From: Candidatus Kapaibacterium sp.
GTDB taxonomy: Bacteria > Bacteroidota > Ignavibacteria > Kapaibacteriales > HRBIN21
Reading direction: 5' to 3'
DNA: 64,000 nt
Assembly: GCA_025059875.1 (NCBI GenBank)
Contig: JANXCT010000002.1
Location: 87,910-151,909, forward strand
This document shows, in pieces, positions 31,269-40,226 of this stretch. Under the pieces are notes generated by a model, which saw nothing but the letters and a program-made list of their open reading frames with translations, did no database searches and was not told the DNA's origin. The translations under genes were made by a program, and so were the position numbers. Each line of letters opens with the position of its first letter. The stretch's first letter is position 1.

Positions 31269-32135
31269 CTACGGTGCTTGCTCGTATGGCGCACCGAGTC
31301 CATGTACGGTCCGCAGATGCTCTTGCAGGTAGGCGAAGGCTTCCTGCGGAGAGTTAGCGTACGTTATTAGCTTTAGGTCTTCCGGGGCAATGACCCCTAC
31401 TTCTGCCATGTAGTCGAAATTGATCACCTTGCGCCAAAAGTCCTCTCCGTACAGGAGGATGGGAAGTCGACGGCGAATCTTCTGGGTCTGCACGAGCGTC
31501 AGTACTTCCATGAGCTCGTCCATAGTTCCGAAACCGCCCGGGAAGAGCACCATCGCCTTAGCTAAGTAGACGAACCAAAACTTCCGCATGAAGAAGTAGT
31601 GGAACTCAAAGTTCAGCTCGGGAGTGATGTAGGGGTTAGTAACTTGTTCGTGTGGGAGACTGATCCCTAGACCAATCGAAATGCCCCCTGCTTCATAAGC
31701 ACCACGGTTCGCTGCCTCCATAATCCCTGGTCCTCCCCCAGAGCAAATCACGAAGCGACGAGCTGGAGGGAGAGTGAGAGACCACTCAGTTAGCATTCGT
31801 GCCAAGAGCCGGGCTTCTTCATAGTAGCGCGTCAGTATGTGGAGACGCTGAAGCTCTTGGAGGCGCTTCTCCAGCTCTGTCGTGCCGCCTTTACGCCATT
31901 CCCGCTGTGCTTGTATGGCGTTCCATTGATGCTGAAATTCCTCTTCAGATAGGCAGCGTGCCGATCCCCAGAAGACAATAGTGTTGCGAATCTGGAACTT
32001 CCGCAGGCGCTGCTCTGGGTAGAGGTACTCTGCGACGATCCGCAGTATGCGAGCGTCTCGGCTGCGTAAGAAGTCTTGGTTTTCGTATGCCTTCAGAGGA
32101 CGCTGACCCGTAGGGATACGGTTGTCCATGCTCAT
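31269..32135 (-). CDS. LOG-family (TIGR00730) nucleotide monophosphate nucleosidase
   Basis: GGGPGIMEAANRGA, YFFMRKFWF, PGGFGTMDE. ATGA overlap with the SDR stop. Confidence 0.85.
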   Translation of the reverse strand: MSMDNRIPTGQRPLKAYENQDFLRSRDARILRIVAEYLYPEQRLRKFQIRNTIVFWGSARCLSEEEFQHQWNAIQAQREWRKGGTTELEKRLQELQRLHILTRYYEEARLLARMLTEWSLTLPPARRFVICSGGGPGIMEAANRGAYEAGGISIGLGISLPHEQVTNPYITPELNFEFHYFFMRKFWFVYLAKAMVLFPGGFGTMDELMEVLTLVQTQKIRRRLPILLYGEDFWRKVINFDYMAEVGVIAPEDLKLITYANSPQEAFAYLQEHLRTVHGLGAPYEQAP

Positions 32136-32848
32136 CGCACCAAGTGATACCCACCGTCTACAATCAGCCATTGCCCAGTGATGTATGAAGTAGCCGTAGC
32201 AAAGAAGTAGACGGCTTCAAAGACATCGCTTGCATTCCCGTATCGCCTGGAAGGAATGCGGTCAACAGGGACGAACTCTGGGTCTTGGGGATCTATCCGA
32301 AGCAACCCAGGGCATACGGCGTTGACGGTGATTCGTGGAGCCAGTTCCAATGCTAAGTTCTTCGTTAGCTGGAGGAGAGCAGCCTTGGAGACATTGTAGG
32401 CCGCCCGGTGTCGCCAAGTCCGGAGTCCACCAAGGGAGGCTACATTGATGATGCGGCCTTCCCCCTGCTGGAAAGCAGCGAAGGCCTGGCTCGTATAGAG
32501 ACAGGCGGTGAGGTTCGTGCTGAGCGTCTCTTCCCAAAGTCCCGGGGTAAGGTCTGTCAATGTATGTTCGGGAGGAAAGACCGCAGCGTTGTTGACTAAG
32601 ACGTCTGGTGGACCAAGCTGCTCCACTATCTCCCTGAATGCATGCCATACCTCATTCGGCTTTCGCAAGTCTGCCTGGATTCTCATCGCCCGGATCCCGT
32701 AGCGTTGTGGCAGTACTTGCTCTAACTCCTGGGCCCCTTCCTCAGAGCGGTAGTAGTGGATGACGACATTCCATCCTTGCCGTGCAAAGTTTTCTGCAAG
32801 GGCTTTTCCTAGTCTTCGTGTCCCTCCTGTGATGATGGCTGTTGGCAT
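32132..32848 (-). CDS. SDR oxidoreductase, pteridine reductase/FolM-like
   Basis: TGGTRRLG, HYYRS, NNAA, YNVSK, LELAP, VDGG. Confidence 0.8.
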   Translation of the reverse strand: MPTAIITGGTRRLGKALAENFARQGWNVVIHYYRSEEGAQELEQVLPQRYGIRAMRIQADLRKPNEVWHAFREIVEQLGPPDVLVNNAAVFPPEHTLTDLTPGLWEETLSTNLTACLYTSQAFAAFQQGEGRIINVASLGGLRTWRHRAAYNVSKAALLQLTKNLALELAPRITVNAVCPGLLRIDPQDPEFVPVDRIPSRRYGNASDVFEAVYFFATATSYITGQWLIVDGGYHLVR

Positions 32849-33801
32849 TGCGGGCTTGCAATAACGGTATTTTCGCTACTCCCAACCCAGAATACCCCTT
32901 CCCGGCTCCACTCTCGACGTACATACCCTAACCCTGCCCAAAGCTGACGCCACGAAACGGCTATCGAGCTCGTGAGGACACCAACCTGCTGCTCTTTTGC
33001 CATGATCGGGGCTGGAGCTACCAGAGGCTCGAGGCTTTGGAGACAGATGAGCTGCCGCTGGAGTTTGCCGTAAGTATCTATGCGTGCGATTACCTCCTGC
33101 CCAACGTAGCACCCCTTAGAGAAGCTAATGAGTCCGTTTAAGCCAGCCTCCAGCGGATTGTAGTCTTCTGTCCACTCTGTACCATGGCGTCCAATGCCTG
33201 CCAAGATTCGTAGAGCCTCCTGCTCTACTGCAGAAAGTGGTGGTCCCAAGATGTCCTCAAGGGCTCTGTAGAGAGCAGATGCCATTGTGTCTGACACCAC
33301 GATACCGTATGCGGCCCCGCCAAAAGGAGGTACACGCAAGCACACCACCTCCCCGCCCTGCCATACTCTCAAGGCTCCTGTGCCCCATGAAGAAGCATCC
33401 GTCAAGGGCTCTATGCCTAACTGCGCTAGCACGGCGGATGCGGAAACTCCGTGGACTTCAACACTTTGACACTGGGTTGGCTGGGAGAGCCGAACCTCTT
33501 CTAGTACGAGAAACCGGCGGAGCCACTGATAGAGCGTTACCCCGTACGACCGGGCACAGATAAGCCCTAGACGCTCTCGCTGGTAGCAGACGACATAAGC
33601 AACGGCCTTGATTCGCCCTTTCTCAGTGGTGAACACTGTTGCCTGTACTTTTCCTGGAGTCAATCGAAGCAGATCAGCAGTACTCATCCGGTGGAGAAAT
33701 TCTAGTGCATCGGGGCCGAGGACCTCGATGTGGTCCAACACTACAGGATACCAAACAGCATGGGTAGCCACCAGAGTCTCTGGATCAGGCCTGATGTTCA
33801 T
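32809..33801 (-). CDS. ygfZ: Folate-binding YgfZ/GcvT-family protein
   Basis: GPDALEFLH, ISFSKGCYVGQEVIAR. Confidence 0.82.
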   Translation of the reverse strand: MNIRPDPETLVATHAVWYPVVLDHIEVLGPDALEFLHRMSTADLLRLTPGKVQATVFTTEKGRIKAVAYVVCYQRERLGLICARSYGVTLYQWLRRFLVLEEVRLSQPTQCQSVEVHGVSASAVLAQLGIEPLTDASSWGTGALRVWQGGEVVCLRVPPFGGAAYGIVVSDTMASALYRALEDILGPPLSAVEQEALRILAGIGRHGTEWTEDYNPLEAGLNGLISFSKGCYVGQEVIARIDTYGKLQRQLICLQSLEPLVAPAPIMAKEQQVGVLTSSIAVSWRQLWAGLGYVRREWSREGVFWVGSSENTVIASPQCQQPSSQEGHED

Positions 33802-34048
33802 AGTCTGAGCGCACAACGCAGGCGTTTGTTAGGGTAACGGTCATCACTGTCACACCATAGCTTGCTGCGGCCTGGAAGGCCGAGCGGAGTGCATCCAGCA
33901 CTGCATCCAGAGAGCCAGAGAGCTCTGTGTGCATTGGCTGAACGTCGACCTCTAAACCTGAAGAACATAGAGCTTCGACTGCTGCCTCAACGGCACGGTA
34001 GTCCTGCTGTCGCAAGGGATACACAGCAACTGTCGCAGCAACAGTCAT
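33785..34048 (-). CDS. YkoF/MTH1187-like thiamine-binding protein
   Basis: AVYPL...GLEVDVQPMHTELSG...TLTNAC. ATGA overlap with the upstream methyltransferase. Confidence 0.7.
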   Translation of the reverse strand: MTVAATVAVYPLRQQDYRAVEAAVEALCSSGLEVDVQPMHTELSGSLDAVLDALRSAFQAAASYGVTVMTVTLTNACVVRSDYEHQA

Positions 34049-34731
34049 GGTTTCCTCCACTGGAGGATGACCATTGCCGGAGGATTGCCTGCACGGAGTC
34101 CGGCAGCATCTGCCTCCTCATACGGTGCCTGAGCTCCCGGAGCACAGTAGATGGACTCGGCCCTTGCTTCCGGAGGAAATCCGAGAAGCTGTTCCAACTC
34201 TTCCGGCGTGTAGAAGCGGGCATAGCTCCACGGCAGCTCACCTCGACGCCCTAACCAGCAGTAAAGAGCTGCCCAGGGGCTGTGAGCGTGAAGTATACCT
34301 AACAGCAGCACCCCACCAGGTTGCAGAACACGCAGGGCCTCTCGTAAGGCCCATAGTGGCTCCGCAACGAACTCCAGCGTAGCGAACATCAAGACAGCAG
34401 TCTGAGAATTGTCGGGAAAAGGCAGCAGCGAAGCATGGGCAGCAACCCATTGGACTGGTAGACCAGCAGTACGCTGCTCGCCGTACCGGCGCATTGCTGA
34501 AGCTGGCTCTACAGCGATGACTCGGAATCCGAGCTGTGCCAACCACGCCGCAACCCGTCCTGTACCAGCACCGACTTCGACGATGGGCTGATTACGCTCT
34601 AGCCTCTCCACAAGCCGTTGGAGTGCCGCCAGCTCCTGAGCCTCTACAAACGCACCCAGTGGCGACTCATACCATTGATCGTAAGCCGCTGCCAGCTCTT
34701 CTCGCTCAAATGGGTTGTAGTTCGCCAACAT
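34045..34731 (-). CDS. Class I SAM-dependent methyltransferase
   Basis: YDQWYESPLG, VEVGAGTG, LPFPDNS, RVLQPGG. Confidence 0.82.
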   Translation of the reverse strand: MLANYNPFEREELAAAYDQWYESPLGAFVEAQELAALQRLVERLERNQPIVEVGAGTGRVAAWLAQLGFRVIAVEPASAMRRYGEQRTAGLPVQWVAAHASLLPFPDNSQTAVLMFATLEFVAEPLWALREALRVLQPGGVLLLGILHAHSPWAALYCWLGRRGELPWSYARFYTPEELEQLLGFPPEARAESIYCAPGAQAPYEEADAAGLRAGNPPAMVILQWRKP

Positions 34732-34749
34732 CGTCCCATAGGAAGCCTG

Positions 34750-36900
34750 TCAGTGCACAAGGACGACCGAGGAGACTTCTCGGTGCTCCCTAGCGCCGAC
34801 AACGGCCACGTATACTCCCGAAGGAAGTTCGGAAAGGCTCAACCGCAACGCAGAGGATGAGACATTCCCCTGCCATCTCCAGACACGCTGCCCGAGCCAA
34901 TTGTAGAGCTCTACCACTGCTGGTCCATCGCTCGGAAGTGTCACTTCCAGGATGCCATCCTGGCTTACTATTCCCTTGCCCGCGTGCTGTAGAGCACGAC
35001 TATTCGGTAGAGGAACGCTGACAACGAGTCCGAGGTCATCATCCTTACGGGGAACGAGCTTGTAGTTGCCGAAGCTGTAGAAGAGGATGCCCCGGAGATA
35101 CTCCAGCCGCTGGCCGCGCTGGAGGACTATCTTGCCATCAGTCCCGCGAGTACCATAGCGAGTCGCACCATCGTCGGTCTCTACGCGCAATCGCGCTGTC
35201 GCCTCCTGCGGAGTGCCGAAGAGTTCGGCATCTACAACGAAGAACTCCCCGAAGTTGGAGGGAGCATCGGCGTTTGTGTCCGTCACGACAACGTTTCTCA
35301 TCTCAACGAGCATACTCTCCCACCCTTCAGCCGGCATCTCCCCTCGCCGTTTGTCAGCAATGGAACGCGTGGAGACGAGCACCGGTGGAATGGTGTTCCC
35401 GCTAGAGATGAAGCCACCGTCGCCGTTCTGGTCAACCAAGGCTAGTGCTGTCAGCGCCGTCACATGGCGATCCTGAGCCCGAGCACCAAGTTCCGTGACA
35501 ATTCCTGAGACCCGGATTCTATCCCCACGCCGGAAGCTGCGAATGGGGTCCGTGGTTGCCGTCGTATGGAGCCAGATACCGGAGAATGCTGTGGTGTCGT
35601 CCTGCAGGTACATCCGTGGGGCGGCGTTGTTGGGAATGTCCGAAGTGTCGGCCGTAATGACTCCTTCTACAGTGACGCGGAATCCAATGTAGCCGGAAGA
35701 GCCATCCAGGTTGAGCGTACGCCGGATGTCGGCAATCCGTGGGGCTCGGTCCAACACCGTGTAGAAGTACTCTCCCCGTAAGGGCATCCGAACCTGGGTC
35801 CCAGCTGTATCAACAGCCTCAACCCAGTATCGCACGAGGGTCTCAGACGGATACGGCGGAATGGTGGCCACGAACATCGTGTCGGATCGGCGAGTGGCAG
35901 GGATAGTACGCGTCTGCCCGCCTACATCTACCCTCAGATGGACGTAGGCCAGTGGGAGATCTCCTTGTCGCAGTCCGATAGTGATCGGAACGGAATCGGT
36001 GGAGCGTGGAAACGGTCGAGCAGGGTCGCGTGTTACCGATGTGATGACAGGAGGTGTTGTCCCCAATTCTACGTCCTCCGGGTATACGGGCGTAATCATG
36101 AACGACTGTGGCTGTCCACCGACTGTGCTTGCCGTAATGTAGCCACGTAGACGCCTGATACGTTGCCCGACAGGATAAGGCGTGAAGTTGCGCAGTCGGT
36201 GGCCACGAGTCGTGAAGTACCCAGACTGGTCCCGCATGTACATCTGGTTCCCGTCGGCATCAGCAACAACGATGATGGGCTGGTTGGCAACGACGGTAAC
36301 ATCTCGCAGCTCTACGAGCATCCCCACGTATCGAGACCCCTGGCTGATGTTTGGTGTTGCATTCCCGACTGGGCCGGTGTAGAAATCAGAGATCCGCACA
36401 GGCACAGGGTCTGGGAGTGGCACACCGAAGTCCAAAAACTCCACAGGACGTGACGTTATAACCTCAGCTTGTGTCGGCCCTAAGCGATTCCGAATGGGAT
36501 CGGAGCTTGTGGGAAAGTTCGTGATGCGCACCAGCACCTCCACGTAGTCGCCAGGCCGGATGCGGTCAAAGTACGTCGTCTGCACTGTAGTGTCCGTCTG
36601 CAGGATGTTGATGCCAGCATATGCCCGTAACTGGGGATTGGAGTCCCGCAGGAAGCTCACCCATCGCGCCCCAGCCCACAGCAGAGGACGCCGATCCGAA
36701 GCTGGATCGAGTACTGGTGGCACTGTGACGATCCCGACAAGCAGCACCGTATCCCCTAGGAATGGTGAGAGCAGTGAACCGACAGCAATCGAGTCCGGCG
36801 GCAGCTCCATGATCTCGTGGACATGAACCCGCCGATACTGTCCTATTCCATCGAGGAGGACCAAGCACGAGAGCAGAGCGATAGAGAATGGACGTCGCAT
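34750..36900 (-). CDS. Secreted multi-OB-fold protein with T9SS type A CTD
   Basis: Signal peptide. Repeated YVGMLVELRDVTV / WESMLVEMRNVVV modules. C-terminal LYNWLGQRV...LPSGVYVA. Confidence 0.6.
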   Translation of the reverse strand: MRRPFSIALLSCLVLLDGIGQYRRVHVHEIMELPPDSIAVGSLLSPFLGDTVLLVGIVTVPPVLDPASDRRPLLWAGARWVSFLRDSNPQLRAYAGINILQTDTTVQTTYFDRIRPGDYVEVLVRITNFPTSSDPIRNRLGPTQAEVITSRPVEFLDFGVPLPDPVPVRISDFYTGPVGNATPNISQGSRYVGMLVELRDVTVVANQPIIVVADADGNQMYMRDQSGYFTTRGHRLRNFTPYPVGQRIRRLRGYITASTVGGQPQSFMITPVYPEDVELGTTPPVITSVTRDPARPFPRSTDSVPITIGLRQGDLPLAYVHLRVDVGGQTRTIPATRRSDTMFVATIPPYPSETLVRYWVEAVDTAGTQVRMPLRGEYFYTVLDRAPRIADIRRTLNLDGSSGYIGFRVTVEGVITADTSDIPNNAAPRMYLQDDTTAFSGIWLHTTATTDPIRSFRRGDRIRVSGIVTELGARAQDRHVTALTALALVDQNGDGGFISSGNTIPPVLVSTRSIADKRRGEMPAEGWESMLVEMRNVVVTDTNADAPSNFGEFFVVDAELFGTPQEATARLRVETDDGATRYGTRGTDGKIVLQRGQRLEYLRGILFYSFGNYKLVPRKDDDLGLVVSVPLPNSRALQHAGKGIVSQDGILEVTLPSDGPAVVELYNWLGQRVWRWQGNVSSSALRLSLSELPSGVYVAVVGAREHREVSSVVLVH

Positions 36901-36918
36901 TGGCAGACTCCCCTTGAC

Positions 36919-38937
36919 CTACTTGACGACGAGGAAGTACCCCACCCGAATGGCTGAGGTCTCTGCATCTTCGGCGATTACCAGGTATAGCCCTGGTGCT
37001 ATCGGTTGGTCAGCCTTGCTGAGCAGATTCCAAGCGTAGAGGCCACCGCTGACTTGAAGCCCTGGGATACCGCTCGTCGCCGGAGGCTGCTCGCCTTGAC
37101 TGCTGCCATCATGCCAGAGGGTGGCAATCTCCTCCCCTGCGGCATTCCAGATGCGGATACGGCAGCGCGGCGGGAGGTTGTAGAAGTAGAGTCTGCGTCC
37201 GCGCTCGGATCCCCCAGACTCCCAACTGGCCGAGAGACGGTAAGGGTTGGGGACTATACCTATGCGCTGGATGCTGTCGCTCGGCACCGGACGGCGCCCC
37301 GGGATGAAGAAGATCTCCGTGGAAAGCGGGCTAGACTCCAACGACGGAATGCCATTGAGCTCGTCGGGAGAGCTGAAGGCTGTCAGAGCGATTCGGTAGA
37401 GCCAGCCGTCCAGAAGGTTCTCCACACGGTAAGCGTAGGTGTAGCCCGTTGTATCCCCCGGGAAGCGGAGCCGAATTGGACGTCCTTCATGGTCGCGAAG
37501 ACGGATGGAAGCGAAGCCGTTATCATACCCGACTCCGTTGGCCGGCAAATCCCACTGCCGCAGGAGCTGTAGGGTGTCGGAACTGCCAACAGAGGGTCCA
37601 GCAAACCACAGCCGATAGCCCTCAAAATGGCGCCGATTGGTGAAGATATCTCGCGAGCTTTCAGCATTGTCGCTCCAGTAGAGCGTTGCCTCTCCACTCC
37701 CAACCTCTAACCGGAGCCGTGGCACCTCTGGAGGCGACGGTAGCACGAAGCGCACAATCTGTCCGTTGCCAAGTAGATCGGGTTCGTCGGCGTCTAAACG
37801 GCCATTGCCATTCAAGTCGGTCCCGTTATATGCCCGCTGTGCCCATCGGGCGTAGCGAAGGAGGTTGACCCGTGTGGCATCGTTGTCGGCCGTCGGTTCC
37901 CCCGGCTTCTTTGCGCAGATGACGGCAAAGGCAACCCGCAGGGAATCCCCTGGAGCCAGCGTGGCAAAAGGCCCCACGGAGAGCAGAATGGAACGGTTGC
38001 TGGGAATTCGCAGCGCTTGACGAGCGTACTCCAACGAGACCTGTCCCAGGAAGCTACTGGAGAGCCGTCGGTAGCGAGCAAGGTCATTCTGCGGGGACTG
38101 GGTCCATTCGTCCCCGGTGGTATTCCGGAACTGCCACGAGTTGAAGAAGTACCCGGGGGCAGCTGGTTCGCTACCTAGAAACTTCAGCGCAAAGTAACTG
38201 TCAGCCAATCCTCGGTCCCCTGCGGCATCCCACTCATAGATGAGCGCCTCCTCGGGGAGGAATCCTTCGGCTCCGGCGCTGTAGAAAGAACTTCCTCGAG
38301 GCGCGACGAGCCGAGTATTGCGGACTACAGCATCGGTCCATAGCCCAACGTAGAGGCTTTCAATCGGGTTCGCGGAGACGTTGTAGAGCGTGTACCACAA
38401 GATGACGAAGGCATCGGCGAAGGGATAGTTCCAAGCATAGGCCTCCAAGCGGACGTGCAGCCCTAAGGGAACTGTGTGTCCTGGAATCTGTTGGCCAGTT
38501 CCCGGCACCACCCTGTTGGTGTCGGTGAACTCCACGATGATGTCTCGGTGGCTGATAGCCCGCGGAGTGTAGTACGGGTCAGTTGGAAGCGTGGAGCGCT
38601 TCTGGACCGGAGTCAGGGGCGTGAACTCGAAGCCTTCGCTGGCGTAGCGCGCCGAGGCGACATCAATAGCGGCCGTGGAGACGGCAATGAACTCTTCTCC
38701 ACCCCTGCGGACCCGCCCTCCTACCCACAGCCCGCCAATGAAGAGATGCTCTATCCCGCTCCCCCGAGGATACTCGCACGAGGGCTGCGTTGGCCAATTG
38801 GCGAACCCTGTACCCAGGGTTCCAAAGTTGGAAATCGTCAGCCGTATGTTCCCGACGTCAGTGTACTGTGAGGCATCGTCGGGGACGGTCGTCTGCGCCC
38901 AGCCACCGTAGAGTGCTATGAGCAGCAAAGGCCACAT
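36919..38937 (-). CDS. Uncharacterised secreted protein with T9SS-like CTD
   Basis: Signal peptide GWA|Q, CEYPRGSGIEHLF, DLNGNGRLD, FN3-like stretch, IVPNPY...APGLYLV. Start placed at ATG 38937. Confidence 0.6.
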   Translation of the reverse strand: MWPLLLIALYGGWAQTTVPDDASQYTDVGNIRLTISNFGTLGTGFANWPTQPSCEYPRGSGIEHLFIGGLWVGGRVRRGGEEFIAVSTAAIDVASARYASEGFEFTPLTPVQKRSTLPTDPYYTPRAISHRDIIVEFTDTNRVVPGTGQQIPGHTVPLGLHVRLEAYAWNYPFADAFVILWYTLYNVSANPIESLYVGLWTDAVVRNTRLVAPRGSSFYSAGAEGFLPEEALIYEWDAAGDRGLADSYFALKFLGSEPAAPGYFFNSWQFRNTTGDEWTQSPQNDLARYRRLSSSFLGQVSLEYARQALRIPSNRSILLSVGPFATLAPGDSLRVAFAVICAKKPGEPTADNDATRVNLLRYARWAQRAYNGTDLNGNGRLDADEPDLLGNGQIVRFVLPSPPEVPRLRLEVGSGEATLYWSDNAESSRDIFTNRRHFEGYRLWFAGPSVGSSDTLQLLRQWDLPANGVGYDNGFASIRLRDHEGRPIRLRFPGDTTGYTYAYRVENLLDGWLYRIALTAFSSPDELNGIPSLESSPLSTEIFFIPGRRPVPSDSIQRIGIVPNPYRLSASWESGGSERGRRLYFYNLPPRCRIRIWNAAGEEIATLWHDGSSQGEQPPATSGIPGLQVSGGLYAWNLLSKADQPIAPGLYLVIAEDAETSAIRVGYFLVVK

Positions 38938-38987
38938 GGCGGCCGCAAAATTACACTCCACACTCTGAGCTATGCCATGCAGGACTC

Positions 38988-40226
38988 CTACTCTTCACGT
39001 AGCGCTTCGGTAATCTGCTGCCGCCCGGCCCGCCAGGCAGGATAGGCACTGGCGAAGAGCACAAGTGCAAAGGCAACCCCAATGATGAGCACAACGTCCC
39101 AGAGCTCGAGGAAGACCGGCAGCCGCGACAAGATGTAGCGCAAGGGGTCTAAGCGAAACCACCCAAAATGCTGCTGTCCCCAGTAGAACCCCAGTCCGCC
39201 GAGCATTCCTAGTCCAATGCCAACCACCCCAAGCACAACTCCCTGCCATCGGTACAGCCGCTGGATATCTCGAGCTTGCAGCCCCAAGGCGCGCAGAAGA
39301 GCTAGCTCACGGCTTTTCTGGACGACGCTCATCCAGAGCGAAGCCGCAACGTTGAAGACCGCTACTACTACAATCAAGCTCAAGACGGCGAACGTTCCCA
39401 ATCGCTCCAAGCGAAGCACATCGTAGAGCTGCCGGTGGAACTCGTACCACGGAACCGCTTGGAGTGAGGTCGGGAGCATCTGCCGAAGAGTCTTTACCGC
39501 CCAATCTGTCTGCTCCGTCTGCGGCAACCAGAGGGCGATGCCGCTCCACGTCTGTGGCGGGAGCTGGAGCAGTCGACGTCCAAAAGCGGCATTCACGTAG
39601 AGGGCAAAGCTCTGCTCTTCCCCCGCAGGCGCTTGGAAGATGCCCACAACCTGCACAGGGACACCTTGGCCCCAGGAAAGTCCGACAGCCATCTGCTCTA
39701 TCATTGCCGGACTCCAGAGCCTCACCGTATCACCTGGCAAGAGCCGCAAACGTTCAGCAATCCCAGCACCAGCGACAGCTGTGGGCAGTCCATCATGCCG
39801 AAGGTCGAACTCCCCTGCGAGGATGCTCTGCTCGATGTCCGTAGCTTCCCGTAGGGCCTCCTCTGGAGCCGCAATGAGGACTGCCGCGGCAAAGGACTCT
39901 CCGCGCTGGAGGAGGAACTTCTGCGAAATCATCGGCAAGACTGCTCGCGCTCCTACTGTACGGGCGTATCGCTGGAGCGTGTCTTCCGTAACGCTGAGCC
40001 ACTGCCCACGCGCCGGCAGAATCCGAAGGTGCGGCTCATAGCGGAGAAGCAGCACCTGTACCGCCTGATGAAACCCCTTGAAGATGCTCAACACGCTCAG
40101 CAACGTTGCTGTCCCAATCCCAATCCCAACGACTGACAGGGCAGCGATTATCTGGATGATCCCCCACCGCCGGCGCAGCAGTAGCCACCGCCATAGCAAG
40201 AGCCACAGAACCGTTCGAGAAGCCAT
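38988..40226 (-). CDS. LolC/E (FtsX/MacB-family) ABC permease
   Basis: SVVGIGIGTATLLSVLSIFKGF, periplasmic domain, KSRELALLRALG, YPAWRA. Confidence 0.85.
   Translation of the reverse strand: MASRTVLWLLLWRWLLLRRRWGIIQIIAALSVVGIGIGTATLLSVLSIFKGFHQAVQVLLLRYEPHLRILPARGQWLSVTEDTLQRYARTVGARAVLPMISQKFLLQRGESFAAAVLIAAPEEALREATDIEQSILAGEFDLRHDGLPTAVAGAGIAERLRLLPGDTVRLWSPAMIEQMAVGLSWGQGVPVQVVGIFQAPAGEEQSFALYVNAAFGRRLLQLPPQTWSGIALWLPQTEQTDWAVKTLRQMLPTSLQAVPWYEFHRQLYDVLRLERLGTFAVLSLIVVVAVFNVAASLWMSVVQKSRELALLRALGLQARDIQRLYRWQGVVLGVVGIGLGMLGGLGFYWGQQHFGWFRLDPLRYILSRLPVFLELWDVVLIIGVAFALVLFASAYPAWRAGRQQITEALREE

Noticed and set aside
34732..34749. TPP riboswitch ahead of the methyltransferase-YkoF genes
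   Set aside because: The gap is only 18 bp.
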